Program-made: the position numbers and the translations under genes
Notes under the pieces: generated by a model
Told to the model about the DNA's origin: nothing
The model's database searches: none
Seen by the model: the letters and a program-made list of their open reading frames with translations, nothing else
IMG/VR virus record: IMGVR_UViG_3300037755_000850
Location: 1-64,000 of that record
Direction: 5' to 3' (one strand)
Source of the DNA: a virus
DNA length: 64,000 nt
Shown here: positions 8,924 through 16,872 of the stretch, piece by piece
Position numbering within the stretch: the stretch's first letter is position 1
Layout: each line of letters starts with the position of its first letter

Positions 8924-9184
8924 ATGAGCAAGGAAGATATCTACGACGCTGAGATTGCACCCCTGATGAATGAGATTCTCAAGATCTGCCAGGCGCACAA
9001 GATTGCGATGGTCGCCAGCTTCGCCACGCCATCAGACACGTCTGACGATCTGTATGTTTCGTCTGCTCTGATGGATGAAAATGGTGAGTTTCCAGGGTTC
9101 ATGGAGTGGATGGCCAAGATCCAGAGTCGGTCGATCGGAACCATTGAAGAGGAAAATGTCGGCGCGAGGTTTAACCAGCCGTAA
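8924..9184 (+). CDS. hypothetical phage protein
   Basis: AAGGAG RBS; KEDIYDAEIAPLMNEILKICQAHKI motif common in phage proteins. Confidence 0.7.
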   Translation: MSKEDIYDAEIAPLMNEILKICQAHKIAMVASFATPSDTSDDLYVSSALMDENGEFPGFMEWMAKIQSRSIGTIEEENVGARFNQP

Positions 9185-9189
9185 GTCCG

Positions 9190-9205
9190 TGTTTCACGTG
9201 AAACA
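9190..9205. repeat. parS: parS site (perfect)
   Basis: TGTTTCACGTGAAACA, 5 nt after the stop codon. Confidence 0.85.
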
Positions 9206-9224
9206 TAACATGAGGAATAAACCG

Positions 9225-9734
9225 ATGGGCTATACGACTCGCTTTAAGGGCACTCTCAACTTCGTCAATGACATGAAGGTGTCGGAACTAGCGTTCCTGA
9301 ATGAATCGCTGGAGATGAACCCTAGTGATCCAGATGGCCCGCCTGAATATATTGGGCTGAAAATCAATCCCCAATTGACCGGTCTTGTCGATAGTGGTGA
9401 CGAAAAAATCTACAACATGGCCAAGACCATCAACTGGCTCACTGAGCGCATGCGCAGGGTAAATCCGGCATTCCAGCTCCATGGCCAGTTCATCTGCACT
9501 GGTGAAGATGGCGAGGTCTGGAAAATCGCGCTCAACAATGCGGGAGTCGCCAACGAGTTGGATATCGATCTCGATGCTGACGCCAAGGACGCGGCGAAAA
9601 CCAAGCGCTGGGAAGCGCTGTGGTCCGAACTCTCCAAAACCGAACTGGAAGCCAGGTCGGGATCGACATCGGTCAGTTACGAAACCCGCATGATGAAGGC
9701 ATTCGACGCCGCGCGCAAAGCGCTGGTTGAATAG
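9225..9734 (+). CDS. conserved phage protein (MGYTT-type)
   Basis: GAGG RBS; MGYTTRFKG...GDEKIYN...GED motifs. Confidence 0.7.
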   Translation: MGYTTRFKGTLNFVNDMKVSELAFLNESLEMNPSDPDGPPEYIGLKINPQLTGLVDSGDEKIYNMAKTINWLTERMRRVNPAFQLHGQFICTGEDGEVWKIALNNAGVANELDIDLDADAKDAAKTKRWEALWSELSKTELEARSGSTSVSYETRMMKAFDAARKALVE

Positions 9735-9750
9735 TGTTTCACGTGAAACA
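9735..9750. repeat. parS: parS site (perfect)
   Basis: TGTTTCACGTGAAACA abutting the stop codon; palindrome extends to 20 bp. Confidence 0.85.
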
Positions 9751-9770
9751 CTGATATTGGAGCAAATAAA

Positions 9771-10142
9771 ATGAGCAATCAGACTGAGTATGATTTCACC
9801 CCCAAGGGCCTGAAGATTGAAGGCGCTTACGAGAATGACCGCAACATTCAGAGTTCGGATCTGTTCAAGGCCATCATCCGCGAGGCTTGCGGGGCCAAGG
9901 ACGTGATCATCGCCCATCACCTGACCTATGTGGTTGAGGAAGAGTGGGACGATGGTTTCAAATACCAGATCATCGAAGAAATCCCCTCAGCAGACGCTCT
10001 GATCTTTGATCATGATATCGCGAGGAAAATCTGGGGTCTGGATTGGCGCGATGTGCTGGCAAGGCTGGCGCTGACTCCAATCAGTGAGCGCGATGCTGAA
10101 CTTGCGCATCTCTATTACAGGCGCAAGAACAAACCCGCCTGA
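9771..10142 (+). CDS. hypothetical protein
   Basis: GGAG RBS. Confidence 0.7.
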   Translation: MSNQTEYDFTPKGLKIEGAYENDRNIQSSDLFKAIIREACGAKDVIIAHHLTYVVEEEWDDGFKYQIIEEIPSADALIFDHDIARKIWGLDWRDVLARLALTPISERDAELAHLYYRRKNKPA

Positions 10143-10158
10143 CGTTTCACGTGAAACA
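10143..10158. repeat. parS: parS site
   Basis: CGTTTCACGTGAAACA abutting the stop codon. Confidence 0.85.
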
Positions 10159-10180
10159 CTCAATCCAATGGAGCTTAACC

Positions 10181-10342
10181 ATGACCTTCCTGACTTTCGG
10201 CATTTTCCTGATCATCCTCGCCATTACCGGCTTCGCCGCCTATTGCGTCGGCTACTGGCACGGTGAAATGCGAGCGGGTCGCAATTATCGCACCATGGCC
10301 GCTGTCGTGAATGGCACCCACCAATCCCAGCGCACGGTGTAA
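10181..10342 (+). CDS. small membrane protein
   Basis: GGAG RBS, one TM. Confidence 0.6.
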   Translation: MTFLTFGIFLIILAITGFAAYCVGYWHGEMRAGRNYRTMAAVVNGTHQSQRTV

Positions 10343-10373
10343 ATCCAATTTCCTGTTCAATGGAGTTTTTGTT

Positions 10374-10847
10374 ATGCCTCAGTCTGATGCCGATCCCCAT
10401 GATCGGCTGAAAATCGGTATTTTCATTGTCGCTGTCACGGCCACCGTGCAAGGCGTCATTCTGTTTGGCAACTCGACCTATGCGCTGCATACGTTCGGTG
10501 CGCCATTCCTCATCATCTATCTGGCGGCAGCGTCCTGCTACATCGCTTGGCCGTGGATCGGCGATTTCGTCGATGACTTTGCCCATTCCGGCGCGATCCG
10601 GGTTGGGCTGTTTGCCTTCTGCCTGTGGATCACCTTTGAAGAGCATGTTCATGCGGCGCAGCATTTCAAAGCGCCGGAAGGGCTCACCGGGTTCTGGTCA
10701 TTCTTCTTCGAACATGATTCAGCCAAGCTGATCAGTCTTGGCATCATCGTCGCGGCGCTGCTCGGTGTCGTGGAATTGATGCACCACCTTCAGCATCACG
10801 GCGCAAGCCTGATCAAGGGTGCGCACAAGGACATCAAGTCGTCCTGA
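10374..10847 (+). CDS. multi-pass membrane protein
   Basis: GGAG RBS, about 4 TM segments. Confidence 0.7.
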   Translation: MPQSDADPHDRLKIGIFIVAVTATVQGVILFGNSTYALHTFGAPFLIIYLAAASCYIAWPWIGDFVDDFAHSGAIRVGLFAFCLWITFEEHVHAAQHFKAPEGLTGFWSFFFEHDSAKLISLGIIVAALLGVVELMHHLQHHGASLIKGAHKDIKSS

Positions 10848-10848
10848 T

Positions 10849-10892
10849 TGTTTCACGTGGAACATTGGATGTGCCGTGTTCCACGTGAAACA
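10849..10892. repeat. parS: pair of parS sites in inverted orientation
   Basis: TGTTTCACGTGGAACA (10849-10864) and TGTTCCACGTGAAACA (10877-10892). Confidence 0.85.
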
Positions 10893-10958
10893 TTTTCCCG
10901 AGCGGGATACGAAACCTCAATGTCAAATTCATTCCTACCAGAGACACGGAAACCCATC

Positions 10959-12281
10959 ATGGATGCCCAGACGAAAACAGCCCTCGACACGATGCAGGAA
11001 ACCTTGATCAAACAGAACGAGATCCTGCAACGCTTGAACCAGGACGCTCTCAGACAGGCGATCGTCGTCCATATTGACGGTGAGATCGTCGTGGTGGCCT
11101 CACCCAATGGTTTCATCGAGGTGCTGAGGCCAGAGTTCACAATCAAGCCAGGCGATGCCGTCACCCTGACGGACAAGGGACAGATCTTGCGGATGGCCGC
11201 AAAGACGCCCGCCTCCGGCCCCCTCTCCACCGTTACCCGAATTATCAATGAACGCGCCTGCGAGATTGGCGGCGAAGGCATGGCCCGTGTCGCCATGACA
11301 TGTGGTCATACCGTCAAGGTTGGCGATGCCGTTGCCACCGATCAAACCGGATGTCTGATCTTGGGGGTGATTCCACCTGATGACAAGCAGAAGGTTGTCT
11401 CGTCCACATTTGAACCGCTACTCTGGGATCAGATTGGTGGTCAGCTCGAAGCACAAGCCGCTTTGCAAGAGGCTGTGGTGATGCCGCAGCTTTATCCGGA
11501 TATCTTTGCCTTTTATGGCAAGAAGGTTCCGGCAGGAATTCTATTGTATGGTCCTCCGGGTAATGGTAAAACCTTACTTGGACGTGCCGTGGCGACGGCC
11601 TTGAATGGGGAGGCGGGCGGCTTCTTTCCTGTCAAGGGGCCGGAAATCCTTGATGCTTATGTCGGCGAGTCCGAACGCAAGCTGCGTTCGCTGTTCAAGG
11701 CAGCACGGCAGCACAAGGCCGAAACCGGTAAGCCGGGCGTCATCTTTATTGATGAGGCCGACAGCATTCTGGCCCGGCGCAATGATCGCTCGGTGTCGGG
11801 GATGGAGAAAACCATCGTGCCAACCTTTCTGGCTGAAACCGATGGTCTGGAAGCCTCTGCCGCGATTGTCATTTTGGCCACCAATCGACCTGAGGCGCTG
11901 GATGAGGCCGTGGTTCGTGAAGGCCGGATGGATCGCAAGATCGAGGTGACCCGGCCTGGCGTCGAGGACAGCGAAGCCATTCTGGCTGTGCATTTGAGCA
12001 AACTGCCTTTGGCCGAAGGCGTCAAGCTGGATGAGGTGGTGAAGACGGTTGCCTTTGAGATCTTTGCCGGGAACCGCACCATTGCCAAGTCGCACAAGAC
12101 GCTGGCGGATATTGTTTCAGGGGCCATGCTGGCCGGGCTGGTCGAACAGGCCAAGTCAGCGGCATTGCACCGGGATCTGACATCGGAAGCCAAGCAGCCA
12201 AGCGGGATTTCGATGCCAGACATGCTGGCGGCGCTGACGCGGGCGCAGCTGGAGAACCGCAATATCGCGCATATGTCATGA
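10959..12281 (+). CDS. AAA+ ATPase, ARC/Mpa (proteasomal unfoldase)-like
   Basis: N-terminal coiled coil and two beta-rich (OB-like) segments, Walker A GPPGNGKT, VKGPEIL..YVGESER pore loop, Walker B IFIDEAD, SRH ATNRP...DEAVVREGRMD, late SGAML..LV..AK. Confidence 0.85.
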   Translation: MDAQTKTALDTMQETLIKQNEILQRLNQDALRQAIVVHIDGEIVVVASPNGFIEVLRPEFTIKPGDAVTLTDKGQILRMAAKTPASGPLSTVTRIINERACEIGGEGMARVAMTCGHTVKVGDAVATDQTGCLILGVIPPDDKQKVVSSTFEPLLWDQIGGQLEAQAALQEAVVMPQLYPDIFAFYGKKVPAGILLYGPPGNGKTLLGRAVATALNGEAGGFFPVKGPEILDAYVGESERKLRSLFKAARQHKAETGKPGVIFIDEADSILARRNDRSVSGMEKTIVPTFLAETDGLEASAAIVILATNRPEALDEAVVREGRMDRKIEVTRPGVEDSEAILAVHLSKLPLAEGVKLDEVVKTVAFEIFAGNRTIAKSHKTLADIVSGAMLAGLVEQAKSAALHRDLTSEAKQPSGISMPDMLAALTRAQLENRNIAHMS

Positions 12282-12289
12282 CGAGAAAT

Positions 12290-12346
12290 GCACCTCCGGC
12301 GATGGCCCCGCATTCCTGCCCATGTTGCCGGAGGTGCTGGGTTTTT
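12290..12346 (+). terminator. long hairpin / terminator
   Basis: GCACCTCCGGCGA...TTGCCGGAGGTGC then GGGTTTTT. Confidence 0.5.
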
Positions 12347-12420
12347 ACTGAAGGTCGGAACAAGGGCCTGTGTCTCTATGGCGGTCCTTTTTCCGGTTAT
12401 GAGGGTGAAGACAAGGAGCG

Positions 12421-12436
12421 TGTTCCACGTGAAACA
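12421..12436. repeat. parS: parS site overlapping a GTG start codon
   Basis: TGTTCCACGTGAAACA directly after AAGGAG. Confidence 0.85.
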
Positions 12437-12629
12437 AAAGACAGCAAAGCCCGGTGATCCCATTGCCGATGCAAGTACCGAGATCGGTAGCGAAGATATC
12501 GAGATCCCGGATATTTCCGAGGCTTTGAAGGCGGCGCAGGATGCAAAGAATGTCCGCCGAGAATGGGTAATCTGTCGCGAGTGCGGTGAGCGGCACTGCC
12601 CGTATGGTTACTGGATCACCATAGGTTAA
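12429..12629 (+). CDS. small acidic/Cys-tailed peptide, paralog 1
   Basis: AAGGAG 12413-12418, GTG 12429; MKQKTAKPGD...DIEIPDISEAL...CRECGERHC. Confidence 0.6.
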   Translation: MKQKTAKPGDPIADASTEIGSEDIEIPDISEALKAAQDAKNVRREWVICRECGERHCPYGYWITIG

Positions 12630-12642
12630 AAAGGAGAAAGCG

Positions 12643-12861
12643 ATGCAGAAGCAACGATCTGTCACCCCTTTTGATGGGGTGGGAATTGGCGGTGATGGTG
12701 ACGCCGCTGATCTGGATGTGCCTGATATTTCCAAGGCCATCTTGATGGCCAGCGAAACCGACCGCCGAAGCGCCAGAAGTTTCAATGGCGTTTCGGGGCG
12801 CTGGCAAGCCTGCCCTTGTGGCCGGTATGACTGCCGAGCGGCCAGATTCGTGCCTGATTAA
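12643..12861 (+). CDS. small acidic/Cys-tailed peptide, paralog 2
   Basis: AAGGAG RBS; MQKQRSVTPFD...DLDVPDISKAI...CPCGRYDC. Confidence 0.65.
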   Translation: MQKQRSVTPFDGVGIGGDGDAADLDVPDISKAILMASETDRRSARSFNGVSGRWQACPCGRYDCRAARFVPD

Positions 12862-12897
12862 CCCCCAAGCCTGCCTCATAAACAAAAGGATTATTAC

Positions 12898-14481
12898 ATG
12901 TCTGACGAAAACAAGCTCGACATCATCGAGTTCATGCAGAAGGCTGTCAGTGACAGCATCGAACAGGCGCGCAATCCCAAGAAGGAAACTGATGTGCTCT
13001 GGGAAGGCACGCATGTCAAGCTGCCAGCAGAACCAAAGCCGATGTCGCTGCGCTCTGGCATTCAGGTGCTGCTCGACCGGGAAGCGCAGGACAACCAGCA
13101 GTTCGATCTCTTCGAGACCGTTCCCGGTATGCCGCTTGATGCCGCTGTCGCCTTTGTGCACGTTCTCAAGAAACGCTATGGCTGGGCAGCAGCCAAGACC
13201 AAGAAAACCTGGTTCGGTGATGTTCAGCCCGACATGAAGATGGTCAAGACCGGTCCCAATTCCGAGGATTATGTTGAGGTTCCCGTGGGTTTGTTCAAGC
13301 TCCACGATATCTCGACCGAGATCGAGACCGGGTTTACCCGTCCGCAGAACCGCCGCAAGTCGCAGTTCATGGATTTCTATATCCGTGGCACCGTGACCTA
13401 TGCTGACCGCAAGGTGATCATGGAGCTGATCTCTGCCACGCGCAAGCATCTGGAGAAAAACTCGATTTATCGTGGCAAGACGATGCGGCTCAGTGTCGAT
13501 GAAAGCGGCAGTCTTGACGCCCTGATCGAGCCGGAATTCATCGACCTCACCACGATCGACGAAAACTCGCTGGTGCTGAACGAAAACATTCAGGGCCTTG
13601 TTGACGTGAACATCAAGACCCCGATCGCCAAGACTGAAAATTGCCGTAAACATAATATTCCGCTCAAGCGGGGAATTCTGCTTTACGGACCTTACGGCAC
13701 AGGCAAATCGCTGACGGCGGCTGTCGTTGGCAAGCTGGCCTATCAGAATGGCTGGACTTATGTCACCGTTGACCGGGCTGAAGCCTTGGCGGAAACGCTG
13801 GAATTTGCCCGACAGTTCCAGCCCTGCGTGGTCTTTGCCGAAGACATTGATCGGGTCATCGACCATAAACGTTCGGACGATGCCAACGAGATCATCAACA
13901 CGATCGACTCGGTGCTCAACAAGCGGGATGAAGTGATCACGGTATTGACCACCAATCACATCGAAAAGCTCCCTCCGGTCATGCTCCGGAACGGGCGGCT
14001 TGATGCGCTGATCCCGATCGACAAGCCTGATGCGGTGGCCTCGATCAAGCTGGTTCGTTACTATGCCGGGGATCTGATCCGGCCTGATGATCCCCTCACA
14101 GGGCTCGGTGACATGCTGGCCGGGTTTATTCCGGCAACCATTCGCGAGGTTGTCGAACGGTCAAAGCTGGCGATGCTGATGAATGACCGCAAACATCTGA
14201 CGACCGATGATCTCAAGGCGTCAGCGACAGGGCTCAAGGCTCATGCTGATCTGCTTGTCGATAAGCGCAAGGAGATCAATGACGCCGAACTGCTTGCAGC
14301 TACGCTCAAGAGGGTCATTAATCCGCAGGCCGCTGACTATGGTGACAAGTTCGCCGATATGAGTGAATACGTCACAAATGTCGATGGTAATGTTGATGAA
14401 GCTCAGCGCAAGCTGGATGTCATCATCAAGATGGTCAAGACCACAGCCGACAGCCTGAACGGCAAGGCCGCGCGGCGCTGA
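12898..14481 (+). CDS. AAA+ ATPase with long N-terminal domain
   Basis: Walker A GPYGTGKS, Walker B VVFAEDID, TTNH...MLRNGRLD. Confidence 0.9.
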   Translation: MSDENKLDIIEFMQKAVSDSIEQARNPKKETDVLWEGTHVKLPAEPKPMSLRSGIQVLLDREAQDNQQFDLFETVPGMPLDAAVAFVHVLKKRYGWAAAKTKKTWFGDVQPDMKMVKTGPNSEDYVEVPVGLFKLHDISTEIETGFTRPQNRRKSQFMDFYIRGTVTYADRKVIMELISATRKHLEKNSIYRGKTMRLSVDESGSLDALIEPEFIDLTTIDENSLVLNENIQGLVDVNIKTPIAKTENCRKHNIPLKRGILLYGPYGTGKSLTAAVVGKLAYQNGWTYVTVDRAEALAETLEFARQFQPCVVFAEDIDRVIDHKRSDDANEIINTIDSVLNKRDEVITVLTTNHIEKLPPVMLRNGRLDALIPIDKPDAVASIKLVRYYAGDLIRPDDPLTGLGDMLAGFIPATIREVVERSKLAMLMNDRKHLTTDDLKASATGLKAHADLLVDKRKEINDAELLAATLKRVINPQAADYGDKFADMSEYVTNVDGNVDEAQRKLDVIIKMVKTTADSLNGKAARR

Positions 14482-14572
14482 TCCAATCCGACTTGTCAAA
14501 GAAGCATGTGAGTGGGGACAGGTTGTCCCCACTCATCACCAATGATTCAACCTGATTCGAAGGAGAAAAGCA

Positions 14573-14917
14573 ATGTGTGATAATCCAGACTGCGGAAGTT
14601 GCAACAGCCAGGCGCGCGAGCGCATCGTTGACACTGGTGTCGCGCTTGGTGATGAAGTCCTCGATCTTTTGCGCAAGGTCGCGAAAGACAACAACATCGA
14701 CGGCACCAATTCTGAGGATGCCTATTTCTTCCTTGAAACCAGTCAAATCGCATTGATCAAGGCGGCAACCACGATTATTGCTCTTGTATCTGACCTGCGG
14801 ACCCGCGAAAAGATTCTTGACCAGTTCGTCGCCAATCTGACAACGATGACACATGCCCTGTCTGCCAAGGGCAGCGGCGACCAAATGCCAGCGCCTGTCA
14901 GCTCAACGCTGCACTGA
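14573..14917 (+). CDS. hypothetical protein
   Basis: AAGGAG RBS; N-terminal CDNPDCGSC. Confidence 0.7.
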   Translation: MCDNPDCGSCNSQARERIVDTGVALGDEVLDLLRKVAKDNNIDGTNSEDAYFFLETSQIALIKAATTIIALVSDLRTREKILDQFVANLTTMTHALSAKGSGDQMPAPVSSTLH

Positions 14918-14970
14918 CGGCAATCTAACTGATTCCAATTTCAACCTCAATTTCAAAAGGTAAAACAACA

Positions 14971-15735
14971 ATGACAACCCGCCTCAATCAGATTCTCGCC
15001 ATCGAGAAAGGCATCAAGACGGAGTCTTATGCCGACCTGACCGCGCTCAAGAACGTCGCCGAAAAGCCGGCGCTATTCGATGGTTTCGACAAGGACTATG
15101 AACGCATCAATGATCAGGATGCCGAGCTTCCTGGCGAACAGAAAAAGGTTCAGCGTACCTTCGTACAGGTGCTGCGTTCGGCGCGCAAGGCGATGACCGA
15201 ACTGATGGACATCACTGCCCGCAAGGACTGGACCAATTGCGTGGCCAAGGCCGATGTCAAGATCGGCGAGACCGTGCTGATCCCGCAGGTTCCGGCAACA
15301 CATCTGCTGTTCCTGGAAAAACAGCTCACCGATCTGCGCAGCCTGACCTCGCAGATCCCGGTGCTGGACCCTTCCGAAGACTGGCAGGCCAATCCCAATG
15401 CCACCGGTATCCATAATTCCAAGGCCACCAAGACCCATCGGACCAAGAAAGTTCAGCGCCCGATTGTCAAATATGATGCCACCGACAAGCATCCGGCGCA
15501 AACCGAACTGATCACCGAATATGTTCTGGTTGGTTACTGGAACCTTGTGAGGCACTCTGGCGCGATCCCTGAGCCGGTTCGCGAGGTGATGATCGAGCGG
15601 ATCGATCGCGTGCTTCAGGCCGTCAAGCAGGCCCGTGAAGCCGCCAATGGCATTGAAGAAGTGTCCGCCCCCTCTGTTGGCGATCGCATCTTTGATTTTG
15701 TGATGGATGGAACGCTTCCAACACAAAGCACTTGA
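14971..15735 (+). CDS. conserved protein of unknown function (DUF7873-like)
   Basis: LNQILAIEKGIK...D.TA.KDW.NC.A.ADV...VP...LLFLEKQL.DL...ATDKHPAQ...SGA.P...AVK.ARE.AN; family recalled from actinobacteria and phages. Confidence 0.8.
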   Translation: MTTRLNQILAIEKGIKTESYADLTALKNVAEKPALFDGFDKDYERINDQDAELPGEQKKVQRTFVQVLRSARKAMTELMDITARKDWTNCVAKADVKIGETVLIPQVPATHLLFLEKQLTDLRSLTSQIPVLDPSEDWQANPNATGIHNSKATKTHRTKKVQRPIVKYDATDKHPAQTELITEYVLVGYWNLVRHSGAIPEPVREVMIERIDRVLQAVKQAREAANGIEEVSAPSVGDRIFDFVMDGTLPTQST

Positions 15736-15760
15736 CAGGTGAGCCATGACGGCTTATTTT
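15732..15760 (+). promoter_or_regulatory. sigma70-type promoter for the ncRNA
   Basis: TTGACA-N17-TATTTT; the -35 box overlaps the upstream stop codon. Confidence 0.7.
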
Positions 15761-15766
15761 ACTGAG

Positions 15767-16220
15767 GTAGGCAGAAACTCAAACTTGTCGTGAGACCTGA
15801 CGAAACGGAAAGATTGCAGGTTCGAATCCTGCCCCGCGCTCCAATTCTTATGTGCGGGTGGCGGAAATGGTAGACGCCCGGCTGATAAGGCATGAGCTTT
15901 CACGTTGAAATTCAGACTATTCGCCTCAAGCTGAGACAACTACGCACCGTTTTTCTCGACCGGTGCTGCAAGAATGCAAGAGACGCTGGTTCGACTCCAG
16001 CTGGGGCCTCCATACCTTCTTATGGCCCTGTGGTCTAGCGGAATGACGCTTGCACTGAGACTTGACGCAGCATCTTAAACGCCGTGGAACGGTAAGGCGT
16101 AAAAGTACTAGGATAGGTCGCCAGACTGATAATCTGGAAAGACACCAGTCTTGAAAACTGGGTTGCAAATCCAAACCAACGGCCCCGGTCAGCAGGATAC
16201 GCTGGCCGGGGTTTCTTTTT
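15767..16220 (+). ncRNA. large structured ncRNA with two circularly permuted tRNA-like domains and two isolated anticodon stem-loops
   Basis: T-arm, then closed acceptor stem, then D-arm at 15806-15880 and 15975-16054; anticodon hairpins at 16121-16137 and 16145-16161; bounded by promoter and terminator. Confidence 0.8.
16183..16220 (+). terminator. intrinsic terminator
   Basis: CCCCGGTCAGC-AGGATAC-GCTGGCCGGGG-TTTCTTTTT. Confidence 0.8.
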
Positions 16221-16232
16221 GAGGAACCCGAC

Positions 16233-16784
16233 ATGTGGATTTTGCGTTCTGTGATGGATCGGATCTGGAAGCTGGATGCCTGGATCTTGGATCGGTTTCA
16301 ATATCTGGCCAATCTGGCCTATACGCGGTTTGAAACCTCGCCCTATGCGATTGCGGCCAAATGTTTCCATGCGGCAGGCGGATCGGCGATTATGGGTGTT
16401 GGTCTGATCATGACGGGTCAGATCGGGGACGAAAGCGATCGGCATCCGCTGGTTTATGCCCTTCTGTTCATAGTCATGGTGGCGATGTTCTTTGAATCTT
16501 ACTGGGCGCACAAGAAACATCTACTCTGGAAAGCCAGTAAGCTTCCTGCTCATGAAAGCGATTTCAGGCTCCCTGTCTTGCGCGTATTCTGGGTGCTGAT
16601 GGTTGTTGACAGTATCGGTGCAACAGCGCTTGGAATTATATTGTCGGATCTGGAATTACGCAGCCTGTTCAGCCATCTGTTTGATATATCGATGATGTCG
16701 GCGTTTTATTTCCTGTCCTGTCAGCCCCCGACCCGGATCGAGAAGAAACAGGAATATCGAAATCTGGTGCCAAATCTTGGTTAA
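16233..16784 (+). CDS. membrane protein
   Basis: GAGG RBS; about 4 TM. Confidence 0.7.
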   Translation: MWILRSVMDRIWKLDAWILDRFQYLANLAYTRFETSPYAIAAKCFHAAGGSAIMGVGLIMTGQIGDESDRHPLVYALLFIVMVAMFFESYWAHKKHLLWKASKLPAHESDFRLPVLRVFWVLMVVDSIGATALGIILSDLELRSLFSHLFDISMMSAFYFLSCQPPTRIEKKQEYRNLVPNLG

Positions 16785-16872
16785 GCCGTCCAGATCCCGT
16801 GGACGGACAGGATGATCACCGCGATCCCGGTAAAGATGATGGTCCACAAGATCAGTTGGTCGATCTGGTCTT

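Noticed and set aside
7654-12436. Repeats as a CRISPR array or integron attC cassette array
   Set aside because: The repeats are 16-bp palindromes separated by whole genes of variable length. There are no cas genes, no RYYYAAC...GTTRRRY attC structure and no integron integrase.
12616-13959. Long antisense ORFs (also 61530-62648, 11657-12463, 40568-41254, 57312-57893)
   Set aside because: Shadow frames opposite well-supported genes, without motifs or RBS.
15897-15912. Additional parS-like sequences (TTTCACGTTGAAA here; half-sites near 23997-24018 and 52402-52412)
   Set aside because: An insertion or only half-site matches; not counted.
15852-16012. One ordinary intron-containing tRNA (5' half of module 1 plus 3' half of module 2)
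   Set aside because: The acceptor strands GTGCGGG and TGGGGCC do not pair; each 5' half pairs only with the 3' half upstream of it.
15767-16220. Two-piece (permuted) tmRNA
   Set aside because: There are two tRNA modules with full D-arms, no G3-U70 alanine identity, and I could not find a tag reading frame.
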